From Granulicella sp. (GTDB lineage Bacteria > Acidobacteriota > Terriglobia > Terriglobales > Acidobacteriaceae), in NCBI GenBank assembly GCA_965277565.1, contig OZ255838.1:63423-127422 (forward strand): 64,000 bases of DNA, in the 5' to 3' direction. The notes beneath the pieces are model-generated. The model ran no database searches. It was not told where the DNA came from and saw only the letters and a program-made list of their open reading frames with translations. Each line of letters begins with the position of its first letter. Within the stretch, counting starts at the first letter, position 1. Shown here one piece after another: positions 35,990-47,114 of this stretch. The translations under genes were made by a program, and so were the position numbers.

Positions 35990-37393
35990 GTGCACGGCAT
36001 CGACACAAAGCTGCTTCTGATTTCGCTGCTGGTGAAGCTGGGCGTCGCGGCCGCGGTGGCCAGTTCGCTGGCGCGCTCTGTGCGGTTCAAACGGCTTCTG
36101 CTTTTACAGGAGCGCAGGCCCGCGGATGTGCTGAAGCTGCTCGCCTGGATCTGCATTCCGCTGGCGCTGGGCGTGTGGATTCGGGTGCGCGTACCGAATT
36201 TTCTGGCTGCGGACCTGTCGCTGCAGGTGACAGCGCTGCTGGGTCTGCTGCTGGGCTGGGGCGCCGCCTCCATCGGCGGAACGCTGCTGGCGTTGCCCGC
36301 GCTGGGCCATCATGAGTGGTTTGCGCTGCCGGTGAATTTGGCTGTGGCGTGGCTGTTTGGAACCTTTCGGCGCTTTGCGACGGAGGAGAATATCTGGTCT
36401 TTTTCGCCGCTGATCGACTTGAGTATTTATCGCTGGGTACGTCGTAATCTGCGCCGCCCGAGCTTGGACCGCCAGGTGGCCTTGCTGGTGCTGCTGATGT
36501 TTACCCAGCTGGCCGTGAGCCTTCTGGCGCACGTGCAGCCGCGGCGCTACTTCGAGTTGAATTCGCGCAACTGGCTGCTGCAACTGCTGGTCTGCGCGTG
36601 TACGCCGGTGATCGTGGGCATACCGCTGAAGATCTGGAATGCGGTGCGGCTGGATAAGAAGCTTGAAGAGCAGAGCCGGTTGCTGCTGGAAGCGCGGCTG
36701 GATGCCTTGCAGCGGCAGATTAATCCACACTTTCTGTTCAATACATTGAACTCCATCGCTTCGCTCATCCGGTCGGAACCGGAGCTCGCACGCGAGATGA
36801 TCGTGAAACTCGGCCGCATACTACGTGCGCTTTTGCAGGAGCGCGCGGCGTTTGTTTCGCTTGAAGACGAGCTTGCCTTTACCGATGATTATCTCGACAT
36901 CGAAGTGATTCGCTTCGGTGAGAAGCTGCGGGTGGTGAAAGAGATCACCGAAGAGGCGATGCTGCTGGAGGTGCCCAGCATGCTGCTGCAGCCGCTGATC
37001 GAAAACAGCATCAAGCATGGACTGGAGCCGCGCATCAACGGGGGCACCGTGACGGTGCGCGGCAGGGTGGCTGGCGGGAAGTTGTTGTTGGAGGTGGAAG
37101 ACGATGGCGTCGGCATGAATCCTGAGCGGGCAACGATGTCTGTGGACGGGATTGGGCGGGAGGGCATGGGCATCGGGATGCGCAACGTGCGGGAGCGCAT
37201 GCAGGTGTTGTATGAAGACGACGCGGAGGTAGAGGTCGTGAGCCGGCCGGGCCGCGGCACGCGCATTCGGCTGCTGCTGCCGGTGCTTACACGGCAGGAT
37301 GTGGAGGGGCGTCGGGTGCGCAGCGTACGTTCTCCTGACGCTGCGGTAGCCGGCGCGGGTGCACAGAGAAGTGATCTGCCTTTGTTAGAATGA
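35990..37393 (+). CDS. LytS/YehU-type sensor histidine kinase (5TM-LYT N-terminus, His_kinase + HATPase_c)
   Basis: Multi-TM N-terminal half, then QINPHFLFNTLNSIASLI (LytS-type H box), LLQPLIENSIKHG (N box) and DDGVGM...GIGMRNVRER (G boxes). No LytTR regulator adjacent. Confidence 0.8.
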   Translation: MHGIDTKLLLISLLVKLGVAAAVASSLARSVRFKRLLLLQERRPADVLKLLAWICIPLALGVWIRVRVPNFLAADLSLQVTALLGLLLGWGAASIGGTLLALPALGHHEWFALPVNLAVAWLFGTFRRFATEENIWSFSPLIDLSIYRWVRRNLRRPSLDRQVALLVLLMFTQLAVSLLAHVQPRRYFELNSRNWLLQLLVCACTPVIVGIPLKIWNAVRLDKKLEEQSRLLLEARLDALQRQINPHFLFNTLNSIASLIRSEPELAREMIVKLGRILRALLQERAAFVSLEDELAFTDDYLDIEVIRFGEKLRVVKEITEEAMLLEVPSMLLQPLIENSIKHGLEPRINGGTVTVRGRVAGGKLLLEVEDDGVGMNPERATMSVDGIGREGMGIGMRNVRERMQVLYEDDAEVEVVSRPGRGTRIRLLLPVLTRQDVEGRRVRSVRSPDAAVAGAGAQRSDLPLLE

Positions 37394-38866
<1,473 letters not shown>

Positions 38867-38869
38867 GCG

Positions 38870-40483
38870 ATGGCGCAGCGTCGTGGCGGGCCTGTCCTGC
38901 TGACAATTCTGGACGGTTGGGGATATCGCGCGGAGACGCATGGCAACGCCATTGCGCTGGCGCGCAAGCCTACCTATGACCGGCTGCTGCGCGAGTATCC
39001 GAATACGTTGATTCGGGCGAGTGAGCACTTTGTCGGGCTGCCGGATGGACAGATGGGTAACTCCGAGGTTGGGCATCTGAACCTGGGCGCCGGTCGTGTT
39101 GTGCGCATGGATATCTCGCGCATCGATGCGGCGATTGCTTCGGGTGCGTTCTTCGACGATCCCACCCTTGTGCGGGCGATGGAGGTTGGGGCGCACGATG
39201 GACAGGCTCTGCATTTGATCGGGCTGGTCTCTGATGGCGGTGTGCACTCGCATCAGCGGCATCTTCATGCGTTGCTGCGCATGGCGGCGCAGCGTGGGCT
39301 GACGCGCGTGTTTGTTCATGCGTTTATGGACGGCCGTGATACGTTGCCGACCAGCGGTGCGGGGTATCTGGAGGAGCTGCAAGCCAAGTTTGCCGAGTAT
39401 GGTGTCGGCCAACTCGCCAGCGTGAGCGGGCGCTACTACGCGATGGATCGCGACCTGCGCTGGGAGCGTGAGCGCAAGGCGTTCAATGCGATGGTGAAGG
39501 GCAGCGCGGAGGGTGGAGCGTACACCGATGCGATCGGCCGCGTACGCGAGAGCTATAACAACGAGATCACCGATGAGTTTATCGAGCCGTTTGTGTGTGT
39601 CGATGCGCATGGCGATCCAATCGCTCGCATCAGCGATCGCGATGCGGTGATCTGTTTCAATTATCGCGCGGACCGTGTGCGGCAGATTACGCGTGTCTTA
39701 GCCCGGCGCAGTGGGCTTACCAAGAACGGCGGTATCGATCTGCCCAAAGCCGCGGAATTAGAGCTGGAGATCCTGCGCGAAGATGTGCCCGCGGATCTGC
39801 ACTACGTGACGATGACGCAGTACGACAGGAACTTCACGCTCCCGATGATTATTCCGCCGGAGAGCATGGAGTACCTGCTCGCGAATTTGATGGCCAAGCA
39901 TGAGCTGCGCAACCTGCGCGTCGCGGAGACGGAGAAGTATGCGCATGTGACTTACTTTTTTAATGGCGGCATTGAGAAGCCGTTTCCGGGCGAAGAGCGT
40001 GAGTTAGTGCAGTCGAAGAAGGTTGCGACCTACGATCTTGCGCCGGAGATGTCGGCGGATGGCATCGGCGATATCGTTACGCGCTCGCTGGGCGACTCGG
40101 CGTTTGATGTGCTGATCGTGAACTTTGCAAATGCGGATATGGTGGGGCACTCGGGCAAGATCGAGCCGACAGTGAAGGCCGTAGAGGCTGTAGACGCACA
40201 GTTGGAACGCATCTACAAGGCCGTGCGCGCGGCGGGTGCAAGCTGGATCATCACCGCCGACCATGGCAATGCGGAGCTGCTGATTGATCCCAAGAGCGGC
40301 GGACCGCACACCGCGCACACGACCAATCCGGTGCCGTTTGTGCTGGTCACGGCGCAGGGAAACAAGGTCGCTCTGCGCGAAGGGGGAAGCCTGCGGGATA
40401 TCTCGCCGACGATCCTTGGGCTGCTGGAGTTAGAGCTGCCAAAGGAGATGACGGGTGGGGATCTGCGGGTGGTTTCGGCCTGA
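38870..40483 (+). CDS. gpmI: 2,3-bisphosphoglycerate-independent phosphoglycerate mutase
   Basis: [39 protein letters not shown]. Starts 4 nt after the eno stop. Confidence 0.95.
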   Translation: MAQRRGGPVLLTILDGWGYRAETHGNAIALARKPTYDRLLREYPNTLIRASEHFVGLPDGQMGNSEVGHLNLGAGRVVRMDISRIDAAIASGAFFDDPTLVRAMEVGAHDGQALHLIGLVSDGGVHSHQRHLHALLRMAAQRGLTRVFVHAFMDGRDTLPTSGAGYLEELQAKFAEYGVGQLASVSGRYYAMDRDLRWERERKAFNAMVKGSAEGGAYTDAIGRVRESYNNEITDEFIEPFVCVDAHGDPIARISDRDAVICFNYRADRVRQITRVLARRSGLTKNGGIDLPKAAELELEILREDVPADLHYVTMTQYDRNFTLPMIIPPESMEYLLANLMAKHELRNLRVAETEKYAHVTYFFNGGIEKPFPGEERELVQSKKVATYDLAPEMSADGIGDIVTRSLGDSAFDVLIVNFANADMVGHSGKIEPTVKAVEAVDAQLERIYKAVRAAGASWIITADHGNAELLIDPKSGGPHTAHTTNPVPFVLVTAQGNKVALREGGSLRDISPTILGLLELELPKEMTGGDLRVVSA

Positions 40484-40537
40484 TGCCTGCAATTTGAGGG
40501 CTGTACCGAAGCGATGTGCAGCCTTGAACGAATTACA

Positions 40538-40575
40538 GGGTCTCTCCACTGCGCTGCGCTCCGGTCGAGATGACG
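40538..40575 (+). repeat. diverged long-form member of the repeat superfamily
   Basis: GGGTCTCTCCACTGCGCTGCGCTCCGGTCGAGATGACG. It shares the CTGCGCTGCGCT core and GATGAC end with the long form. Confidence 0.6.
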
Positions 40576-40676
40576 CTTCATTGAAAGTGGCAACGCTTGT
40601 GGCAACGTTTACAGTGGACCCCACCCTAACGACGATGAAGCTGTCGTGAGGATGGGGCACCCGAGTTGTGTGCAGA

Positions 40677-42377
40677 TTATGGGGCGAGCGAGCAGCTGGT
40701 GCTGTCGTCTACGCTGGTAAGGATGAGACTGTCCGCGGTTAGGCCGCGATAGATGCAGTTTCCGTAAGCATCCTTGGCGCCGTAGGTTGAGGTGGCTTGG
40801 TTGCCATCGTGGCTAAGCAGGCTGCCGGCGGCGCTGTAATGCAACGTATCGCTGGTTTCCACCGTCTCGGAGCTCACGATCGGGTTGGGGCTGTTGGCGC
40901 CGAAGGGTGTGCGCAACTGATCGATCTTCTGCTGCTTGATGTAATTGGCTACAAAAAATCCGCCGTCGTTGTTGTCGTTCGGCGCCTGGCGATAGTTGAC
41001 GATCAGCGGATAACTGGCGTCGTGCTGCGTCAGGATGGTGCCGGTGGGCGACGTGGTGGTGGTCACCTCCTGCTGCTCGGTGTCCTGCGAGATGTCCTGC
41101 TTGAACTCGACGGCGGAGACTTTTTCATCCTGTGTATTCAAAAAACTGTTGTAGGCCTGGATGGTGGTGTCCACGCGTCCCGCCGCCGTGATCACGTAGC
41201 CGGAGATGGTCCAGTTGCGCGAGGAGGTGACGTACACAGGGCCGGAGACGGTGCCGTCGGCGGCGGTGTTCAGATAATGCTGCACGTCCGGCGTGGGTTC
41301 GGCGGCAAGCGAGTCCATGGTGAGGCCACCGGTTACGGTTGCGGCGTTGGGATCGGTGTAGATGAGCAGATTGGACGCTTCGTCGAAGCCGCTATCGGCG
41401 TTGTAGACAGAGACGGCGACGGTGTGTGGATTGCCGTCGGAGAGCAGGCCGGCGAAGGGGGTGAGATCGACGCGGTAAGGCTTGAAGTTCAGCGTTTCAA
41501 TGCCGGGAAGCGGCTCCCAGAGATACGGGTCGATGCCACCGGTATAGATCCAGGGATAGACCGGGGCAACGCCGGCGGGTGTGCCGTCGATGGTGATTTC
41601 GGTCTCGCGAAAACCCGTGTTGCCGCAGTTTTGAAGCTCGCCGGCAACGTCGCTGGGAACACAGGTGTACCAGAATTCGTCGGCCGCTTGAGACTGCGAG
41701 ATGACGTCGAGGTAGGCGCGTTCGACGTTGCGAGGAAGCGTGAAGGTGGCGCTCTGCCGATCGGTGGTGGAGCTCACGCGGGTGGTGGTATTGGCCGCGA
41801 GTGAGAGCACTTCATTCGGTACTACAGGCGCTGGGTTTGCGGCGTTTGCCGGATAAAACAGCAGTGTGGCAGAGGCGTAGATTACGCCCGTGTAGGTGCT
41901 GTCGACGATGTTCTGGATGGAGGCGATACCGGTCTGGGCGGTCGTGAAGAGGGCGCTGTAGTCGGTAAGGTCGCGTTCGATATGCCAGGAGGGCGAAAGC
42001 TTCGCCCGTGGCTCGGCGGTGGTGCCGAAGTAGATGTTTGCCCCGCCCAGGAAGAATTTGGCGGTGCGATCGAACTGATTGCCGGCGGTAACGGTGAAGT
42101 CCGCCGTGAGCACGACTTTGGACCACGGACCGGCACAGGCGGGGCTTACCGGCGGCGTGTAGGTGATGGTCTTGGTGCCGTAATCGGCGAATTGCAGATT
42201 GGAGAAGAGCGGAACGGCGCAAGGCGTGGTGCTGGGACGAGGAACGCCGGGCTCCGGCGAGACCGGGTTCGACGAGCCCACCTGCGGCGTGGGCGGGGCG
42301 AGAACGACCTGGGCAAGACCGCTGACAGGGAGAGCGAAGAGCAGGGTACCGACGAGCCTACGGGTCCAGCATTGCAT
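40677..42377 (-). CDS. secreted peptide-N4-(N-acetyl-beta-glucosaminyl)asparagine amidase A family protein (PNGase A/H+-like)
   Basis: Signal peptide (LLFALPVSGLAQ). Family-like blocks from memory are WSKVVLTADFTVTAGNQFDRTAKFFLGGANIYFGTTAEP, RAYLDVISQSQAADEFWY, FRETEITIDGTPAGVAPVYPWIYTGGIDPYLW and YRVDLTPFAGLL. Confidence 0.6.
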   Translation of the reverse strand: MQCWTRRLVGTLLFALPVSGLAQVVLAPPTPQVGSSNPVSPEPGVPRPSTTPCAVPLFSNLQFADYGTKTITYTPPVSPACAGPWSKVVLTADFTVTAGNQFDRTAKFFLGGANIYFGTTAEPRAKLSPSWHIERDLTDYSALFTTAQTGIASIQNIVDSTYTGVIYASATLLFYPANAANPAPVVPNEVLSLAANTTTRVSSTTDRQSATFTLPRNVERAYLDVISQSQAADEFWYTCVPSDVAGELQNCGNTGFRETEITIDGTPAGVAPVYPWIYTGGIDPYLWEPLPGIETLNFKPYRVDLTPFAGLLSDGNPHTVAVSVYNADSGFDEASNLLIYTDPNAATVTGGLTMDSLAAEPTPDVQHYLNTAADGTVSGPVYVTSSRNWTISGYVITAAGRVDTTIQAYNSFLNTQDEKVSAVEFKQDISQDTEQQEVTTTTSPTGTILTQHDASYPLIVNYRQAPNDNNDGGFFVANYIKQQKIDQLRTPFGANSPNPIVSSETVETSDTLHYSAAGSLLSHDGNQATSTYGAKDAYGNCIYRGLTADSLILTSVDDSTSCSLAP

Positions 42378-42516
42378 AGGGGACTCCTTGCGTTACGTCA
42401 GGATGTAACTGATGTACTCAGGATCATAGCTGAAATGCACGTTTCGGTCAGGATTATTGTTCGGTGTTTGCACTTGAGGGGGATTTTCGAAGATTTCTAT
42501 GCAGGAGATGCGAACA

Positions 42517-42539
42517 GCAGGTTTCCTTCGGGAATGACA
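42517..42539 (+). repeat. short-form hairpin repeat
   Basis: GCAGGTTTCCTTCGGGAATGACA followed by an A/G-rich tail (AACAGAAAGGCAAGGGCAAGGGC). Confidence 0.8.
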
Positions 42540-42593
42540 AACAGAAAGGCAAGGGCAAGGGCGGTCGAGCGTGTGGTTGCGCGCGATTTGCGT

Positions 42594-43196
42594 TTAGAGT
42601 TGGCGGCGGTTTTCGAGCGCGCGGGTCATGGTGACCTCGTCGGCGTACTCGATGTCCGAGCCGGCGGGAACGCCGGTGGCGATGCGGGTAATGCGGAGTT
42701 GGGGGCGCTGCGCGTGGGCTTCATCAGCGAGAAAGCGGGCTGTGGCCTCGCCTTCCATGGTGGGGCTGGTGGCGAGAATGAGCTCTTCGGCGAGTTCCAG
42801 GCGCGGCCAAAGGTTTGTGAGGCGAAGCTGCTCGGGACCGACGCCATTGACCGGCGACAACGTGCCGTGGAGGATGTGGTAGACGCCGTTCCAAGTGCGC
42901 GTTTTTTCAATGGCAGCGATGTTGGTGGGCTCTTCGAGCACACAGATCAGCCGTGTGTCGCGCGAGGGGCTGGTGCAGTAGCCGCAAGGGTCGACGTCGG
43001 TGACGTTGTTGCAGATCGAGCAGAGGCGCAGGGCCTGCTTGAGCGCGCGAATGCTCTCGGCCAGTGCGTCCGCGTCGTGATCGGTGGAGCGGAGGATGTG
43101 GAATGCGAAGCGCTGCGCGGTTTTTGTGCCCACGCCAGGGAGCTTGCGGAGCTCGTCGATGAGGCGCGACATGGGCGGGGCGTAGCGGGTGGACAT
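42594..43196 (-). CDS. recR: recombination protein RecR
   Basis: HhH (LRKLPGVGTKTAQRFAF), C4 zinc finger (CSICNNVTDVDPCGYC) and Toprim (ICVLEEPTNIAAIE). Confidence 0.95.
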   Translation of the reverse strand: MSTRYAPPMSRLIDELRKLPGVGTKTAQRFAFHILRSTDHDADALAESIRALKQALRLCSICNNVTDVDPCGYCTSPSRDTRLICVLEEPTNIAAIEKTRTWNGVYHILHGTLSPVNGVGPEQLRLTNLWPRLELAEELILATSPTMEGEATARFLADEAHAQRPQLRITRIATGVPAGSDIEYADEVTMTRALENRRQL

Positions 43197-43301
43197 GGGA
43201 GTTGTTGTGTGCGGTGGGTGTTGTTGAGGGGTGAGGTTTGAGGGATGGAGGGATGAGGGGTTCGTACAGTTTTGCGTGTCGAGTGTGGGGATTTCGAGTG
43301 G

Positions 43302-43613
43302 TTAAAAGCCGGGTAGCCCCAGACCGCCGAGCATGTCGCCGGCGCTGGACTGTGCGGCTTCGTCGGCTTTGCGGCCGGCCTCGTTGATGGCAGCGATGAT
43401 CAGGTCTTCGAGCATGGTGATGTCGCCGGCGGCGGCCGAAGCCGCGGCGGGTGCGATGGTGAGCTTGAGCAGCTCCTTGCGGCCGTTCATGCGCGCGGTC
43501 ACGGCGCCCCCGCCGGAGGAGCCTTCCACTACGGTGTTGGCCATCTGCTCTTCCATGTTTTCGCGCATGGCGTTGGCCTGGGCGAGCATCTCGTTCATTT
43601 TGCTGAGGTCCAT
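43302..43613 (-). CDS. ybaB: YbaB/EbfC-family nucleoid-associated protein
   Basis: 103 aa: MNEMLAQANAMRENMEEQMANTVVEGSSGGGAVTARMNGRKELLKLTI. Conserved dnaX-ybaB-recR order. Confidence 0.9.
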   Translation of the reverse strand: MDLSKMNEMLAQANAMRENMEEQMANTVVEGSSGGGAVTARMNGRKELLKLTIAPAAASAAAGDITMLEDLIIAAINEAGRKADEAAQSSAGDMLGGLGLPGF

Positions 43614-43649
43614 GGGATCCTTTTTGGGGCGAGTTAGCGGGTTGGTGAG

Positions 43650-45497
43650 TTAGTCTTTGCCGCGCAGGTCGATGACGTTGGATATCTCCGCGGAGAAGAG
43701 GCGTTTAGCCTCCTGCACGAGAGGATGTCTTTCGGCGAGTTCGGCGGCGGAGCCGGAGGCGGCCGGACGGGACTGCTTGGTTGCGCCGTTACCGTTTGCA
43801 GCGGGGGCGCCGGGCAGGAGCTTCACCTGCAAATGCGCGGCACCCCGATCGCGGAGCGTGGCTTGCAGGATGCGGTCGGCTTCGGCGTTGAGGATCATGG
43901 GAAGCAGGGTCTTGGAGAGCGTGGTCTGGATCTCGACGGTGGCGCCGTTGAGGGTCCAGGTGGCCTCTTCGAGCTGTTCGGCGGCGCTGGTTTGACCCTT
44001 GATCTCTGCGAGTGCGGCGACTGCTGCACTTTGCAGCACTGCGACGTCGCCGCTGAAAACGGGGAGTATTGCCGAGGGCTCTGGGGTTGCTTCCTTGTCG
44101 GCGGCTGGCGTTGGATCGGAAGTCGGGTGCAGTTGCGTACTGCGAGCCGGAGATTGCGAAGCGGAGACTCGATACTCGGCGAGTGCAGCCGCGGGTACCG
44201 TGGCGCCCGTCTGCGCCTGTGATGGCGATTGGCTTACTGGCTGAGCTGGCGGCCTCGGCGCGGGGGCCAATGTGGGCGCTGCAGTTACAGGTTTCGGGGC
44301 AGGCGCGGCGCCGAGTTGGCTCAGCAGCTCCTCAATGGGAACGAGGCGCTGCATGTGAACGAGCTTGAGCAGACCGAGTTCGAGATGGAGGCGCTGTTCC
44401 TGCCTGTATCCGAGGTCGTCGAAGGTGCGGAGCAGGATGGCGAGGAAGCGGGAAAGCTCCTCTTCGGAGAAGTGGGCGGCGGCGCGGGCGGCGCGGCGGC
44501 GTTCCTCTACCGAGATCTGCAGCAGTTCGGCGGCGATGCCGGTGGCGTCCGCCTCGGGGTCCAGGCCCGTGATCTTCGCAACCACGCAGTTGCGCAGAAA
44601 ACGCACAAATTGCCGGGCGATTTGCTGCGCGCCGTTGCCGGCGTCGAGCAGACCGCCAAGCGTGTGCAGGACAGCGGCGGAGTCGTTCGCATGGACGGCG
44701 GCGAGGATCTCCTCGAAGACGACATTGGAGACTGCACCCATGAGCTCGCGCACTTCGAGAAGCGAAACATGCGGCTGGCCGTTGGCGGTTTGTGGGGCCG
44801 AGGCGATTGCCTGGTCCATGACCGAGAGCGCGTCGCGCATGGAGCCATCGCCGGCCTCGGCGAGCAGGCCCAGGGTGGCGTCATCGACTTCGATGGCCTC
44901 GTCGGTGGAGATCTTGCGCAGCTGGCCGACGATGTCGTCGAGCTTTACGGCGTGAAAGCTGAAGTGCTGGCAGCGCGAGCGGATGGTCTGCGGAATGTCC
45001 TCGGGCTGGGTCGTGGCCATCATGAAAACGATGTGCTCAGGCGGCTCTTCGAGGGTTTTGAGCAGGGCGTTGAAGGCCGCGTCGGTGATCTGGTGCGCCT
45101 CGTCGAGGAGGATGATCTTGAAGCGGTCGCGCGCGGGGCGGTAGCGGGCGGCATCGCGCAGCTCGCGAATCTCGTCGATGCCGCGGTTAGTGGCGGCGTC
45201 GATCTCCAGCATGTCGACGGAGTTGCCGGCGCGGATTTCCAGGCAGGAGTCGCAGACGAGGCACGGCTCCGGGGTGGGGCGGAGTTCGCTGCCGATGGGG
45301 TTCTGGCAATTGAGGGCGCTGGCAAGGATGCGCGCGATGGTGGTCTTGCCGATGCCGCGGTGCCCGCTGAAGATGTAGCCGTGCGCGATGCGATCCTGCG
45401 CGAGAGCGTTGAGCAATGTGCGGGTGACGTGATCCTGGCCGACGACGTCGCTGAAGCGCAGCGGGCGATATTTGCGGGCTAGAACCTGATAGGCCAT
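43650..45497 (-). CDS. dnaX: DNA polymerase III subunit gamma/tau
   Basis: LARKYRPLRFSDVVGQDHV, GHRGIGKTT (Walker A), zinc module CLVCDSC, ILLDEAH and SRCQHF. Confidence 0.95.
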   Translation of the reverse strand: MAYQVLARKYRPLRFSDVVGQDHVTRTLLNALAQDRIAHGYIFSGHRGIGKTTIARILASALNCQNPIGSELRPTPEPCLVCDSCLEIRAGNSVDMLEIDAATNRGIDEIRELRDAARYRPARDRFKIILLDEAHQITDAAFNALLKTLEEPPEHIVFMMATTQPEDIPQTIRSRCQHFSFHAVKLDDIVGQLRKISTDEAIEVDDATLGLLAEAGDGSMRDALSVMDQAIASAPQTANGQPHVSLLEVRELMGAVSNVVFEEILAAVHANDSAAVLHTLGGLLDAGNGAQQIARQFVRFLRNCVVAKITGLDPEADATGIAAELLQISVEERRRAARAAAHFSEEELSRFLAILLRTFDDLGYRQEQRLHLELGLLKLVHMQRLVPIEELLSQLGAAPAPKPVTAAPTLAPAPRPPAQPVSQSPSQAQTGATVPAAALAEYRVSASQSPARSTQLHPTSDPTPAADKEATPEPSAILPVFSGDVAVLQSAAVAALAEIKGQTSAAEQLEEATWTLNGATVEIQTTLSKTLLPMILNAEADRILQATLRDRGAAHLQVKLLPGAPAANGNGATKQSRPAASGSAAELAERHPLVQEAKRLFSAEISNVIDLRGKD

Positions 45498-45550
45498 CGT
45501 GCAGGTTTGATTCTACCGCCGGGAGATGTATGTGCTCTCAACGCCTCTCC

Positions 45551-46478
45551 TCAGGAGAGGCTTTCTTCTTCGAAGAAGTCGTTGTCGATGCGCTTTACCT
45601 GATAAGAATTTACCTTCGCGACGCCCAAGCCGTACTCAAACATCAGCTCAGCGAGCTGGTCGCCATCAACTAAAATGACACGATTTTCCAATGATGCAGC
45701 GTATGCGCGCGCTTCTTTGGTAAACGGGAGGTTGTTAGGAACACTCCTTTGCGCGCCTTTTTTCCTGCCAAGGCTCCAACAAAGCCTTGAACATCTGGTG
45801 CGCCCACTGTCGTGTTCTGCCATCTCTTGGCCTGTACATAGATGAGGTCGAGGCCGAGCCTGTCCTCTTTGATCACTCCGTCAATCCCATTGTCATGCGA
45901 TCTGCCGATAGCCTGCCCCGCATCGGCCAGAGATCCGCCATAACCTATGGTGGTTAAGAGCCGAACTACGAATCTCTCGAAGAACTCGGGGGACCCCTCA
46001 ATGAGTTTCCCCAAAAGCTCCGCTTGGACCTGCTGCTTGAGAGCCTCGAACGCGGAAGCGATTAGTTCTTCAGGAGTCTCATGAGTTGGTGTCAGTTCTT
46101 CGTTAGCAGCCGCAGGTCGCTGTTCCTCGGCTTTAGCCGGACTCCAAAATTCGAGAAAGCTGGGGTACCGCTTCAAAAGCAGAAGATCAATCTTGGCGGG
46201 AGATTCTGCCAAGAGTGCCCGTCCCTCATCCGTGATCTGGAAGTGTCCCCAGCTTGGATATTGAATAAGACCGGCTTTCTTCAAATATGTTCGAGCCCAC
46301 CCCCAGCGGTTGGCAAATATGTAACCCGTGCCACTCGGGAACAGTGCTGACCGTTCTTCCTCTGAGAGTTGAAACTCGTCTGCGATGGCCCTGATGGCTT
46401 CGCGAGTGCGGTGCGGCTGTCCATCGGAAGCAAATTAAGCAGCGGTAGCATGATGGATAAGTAGTCGGGAATAGGCAT
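45551..46478 (-). pseudogene. mrr: Mrr-family type IV restriction endonuclease, disrupted by two 1-nt frameshifts
   Basis: Three ORF fragments (46478..46281, 46284..45670, 45823..45551) join into one Mrr. Mrr_N is MPIPDYLSIMLPLLNLL/DGQPHRTREAIRAIADEFQLSEEERSALFPSGTGYIFANRWGWARTYLKKAGL. The catalytic core is GIDGVIKEDRLGLDLIYVQAKRW...KGVFLTTSR/FTKEARAYAASLENRVILVDG. Frame breaks lie near 46425 and near 45721 (TTT run read as TT). The segment looks more AT-rich than its flanks. Confidence 0.8.
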
Positions 46479-46516
46479 GCATCGTCCTGTCTCGAGGAGC
46501 TTTGATGGAGCGGTCG

Positions 46517-47053
46517 TTAACGGCGCTTCGCTTTCAACTTCTCCCTGCGCGCTAACTCGGCCTCCGAGTACATGGTGCCACGGCAGTGTTTTGCGCCGCA
46601 GTAGCAGGGGGCTTCGTCGTCCAGGTCGGAGTCGTAGAGGTGGTAGTCGTAGACGAGTTCTTCGCCGGGGGCTATGTCGCGGAGGGCGCGGATGAAGATG
46701 CGCTCGTCTTCTTCTTCGGTCTCGCAGTTGGCCGCGCAGCTGTGGTTGATGAACATGGCGGTGCTGAAGCCGTCGATGACGAAGTCTTCTTCGCCGAAGC
46801 CGAAGAGATAGGTGACAGGACGGCCGCCGTAGCGCTCGTCGGCGACGGTTTTGGGAATGCGCGGGCCGTCGTATTCGGCGATGATCTGGCCGGCGCGGAT
46901 GGGATCGAGCGAGATGCAGCCGGCGGCGTGGATGTCCGAGGAGCGGACCACCAGACGGGGCGGGGTGCGGGTGGTGTTGAGCGGCGAGCGGCGAGGCTTT
47001 GAGCGGCGAGGGGATTTGGGCTGCGGCTTGGTTGCGGGAAACGGGCGCGGCAT
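46517..47053 (-). CDS. SET domain-containing protein-lysine methyltransferase
   Basis: ATG at 47053. Basic Pro-rich N-tail (MPRPFPATKPQPKSPRRSKPRRSP), then SET motifs GRPVTYLF, FINHSCAANC, GEELVYDYHL and a post-SET Cys cluster (CYCGAKHCRG). Confidence 0.85.
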   Translation of the reverse strand: MPRPFPATKPQPKSPRRSKPRRSPLNTTRTPPRLVVRSSDIHAAGCISLDPIRAGQIIAEYDGPRIPKTVADERYGGRPVTYLFGFGEEDFVIDGFSTAMFINHSCAANCETEEEDERIFIRALRDIAPGEELVYDYHLYDSDLDDEAPCYCGAKHCRGTMYSEAELARREKLKAKRR

Positions 47054-47114
47054 GGGCGCGAGTATAGCAGTGCGCTGCGCCGGCCTGTTTGCTTGTGGCC
47101 CCGTTTGCCGTCTA

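Noticed and set aside
43650-45497. Programmed -1 frameshift site in dnaX (gamma/tau as in E. coli)
   Set aside because: I found no A-AAA-AAG-type slippery heptamer with a downstream stem in the coding strand, so I cannot support it from sequence.
45498-45550. SRP RNA (ffs) or a tRNA upstream of dnaX, as in many bacteria
   Set aside because: Only 53 nt are available before the mrr pseudogene, with no tRNA-like T-arm or D-arm or SRP domain IV motif. No tRNA-like sequence was noticed anywhere else in the window either.
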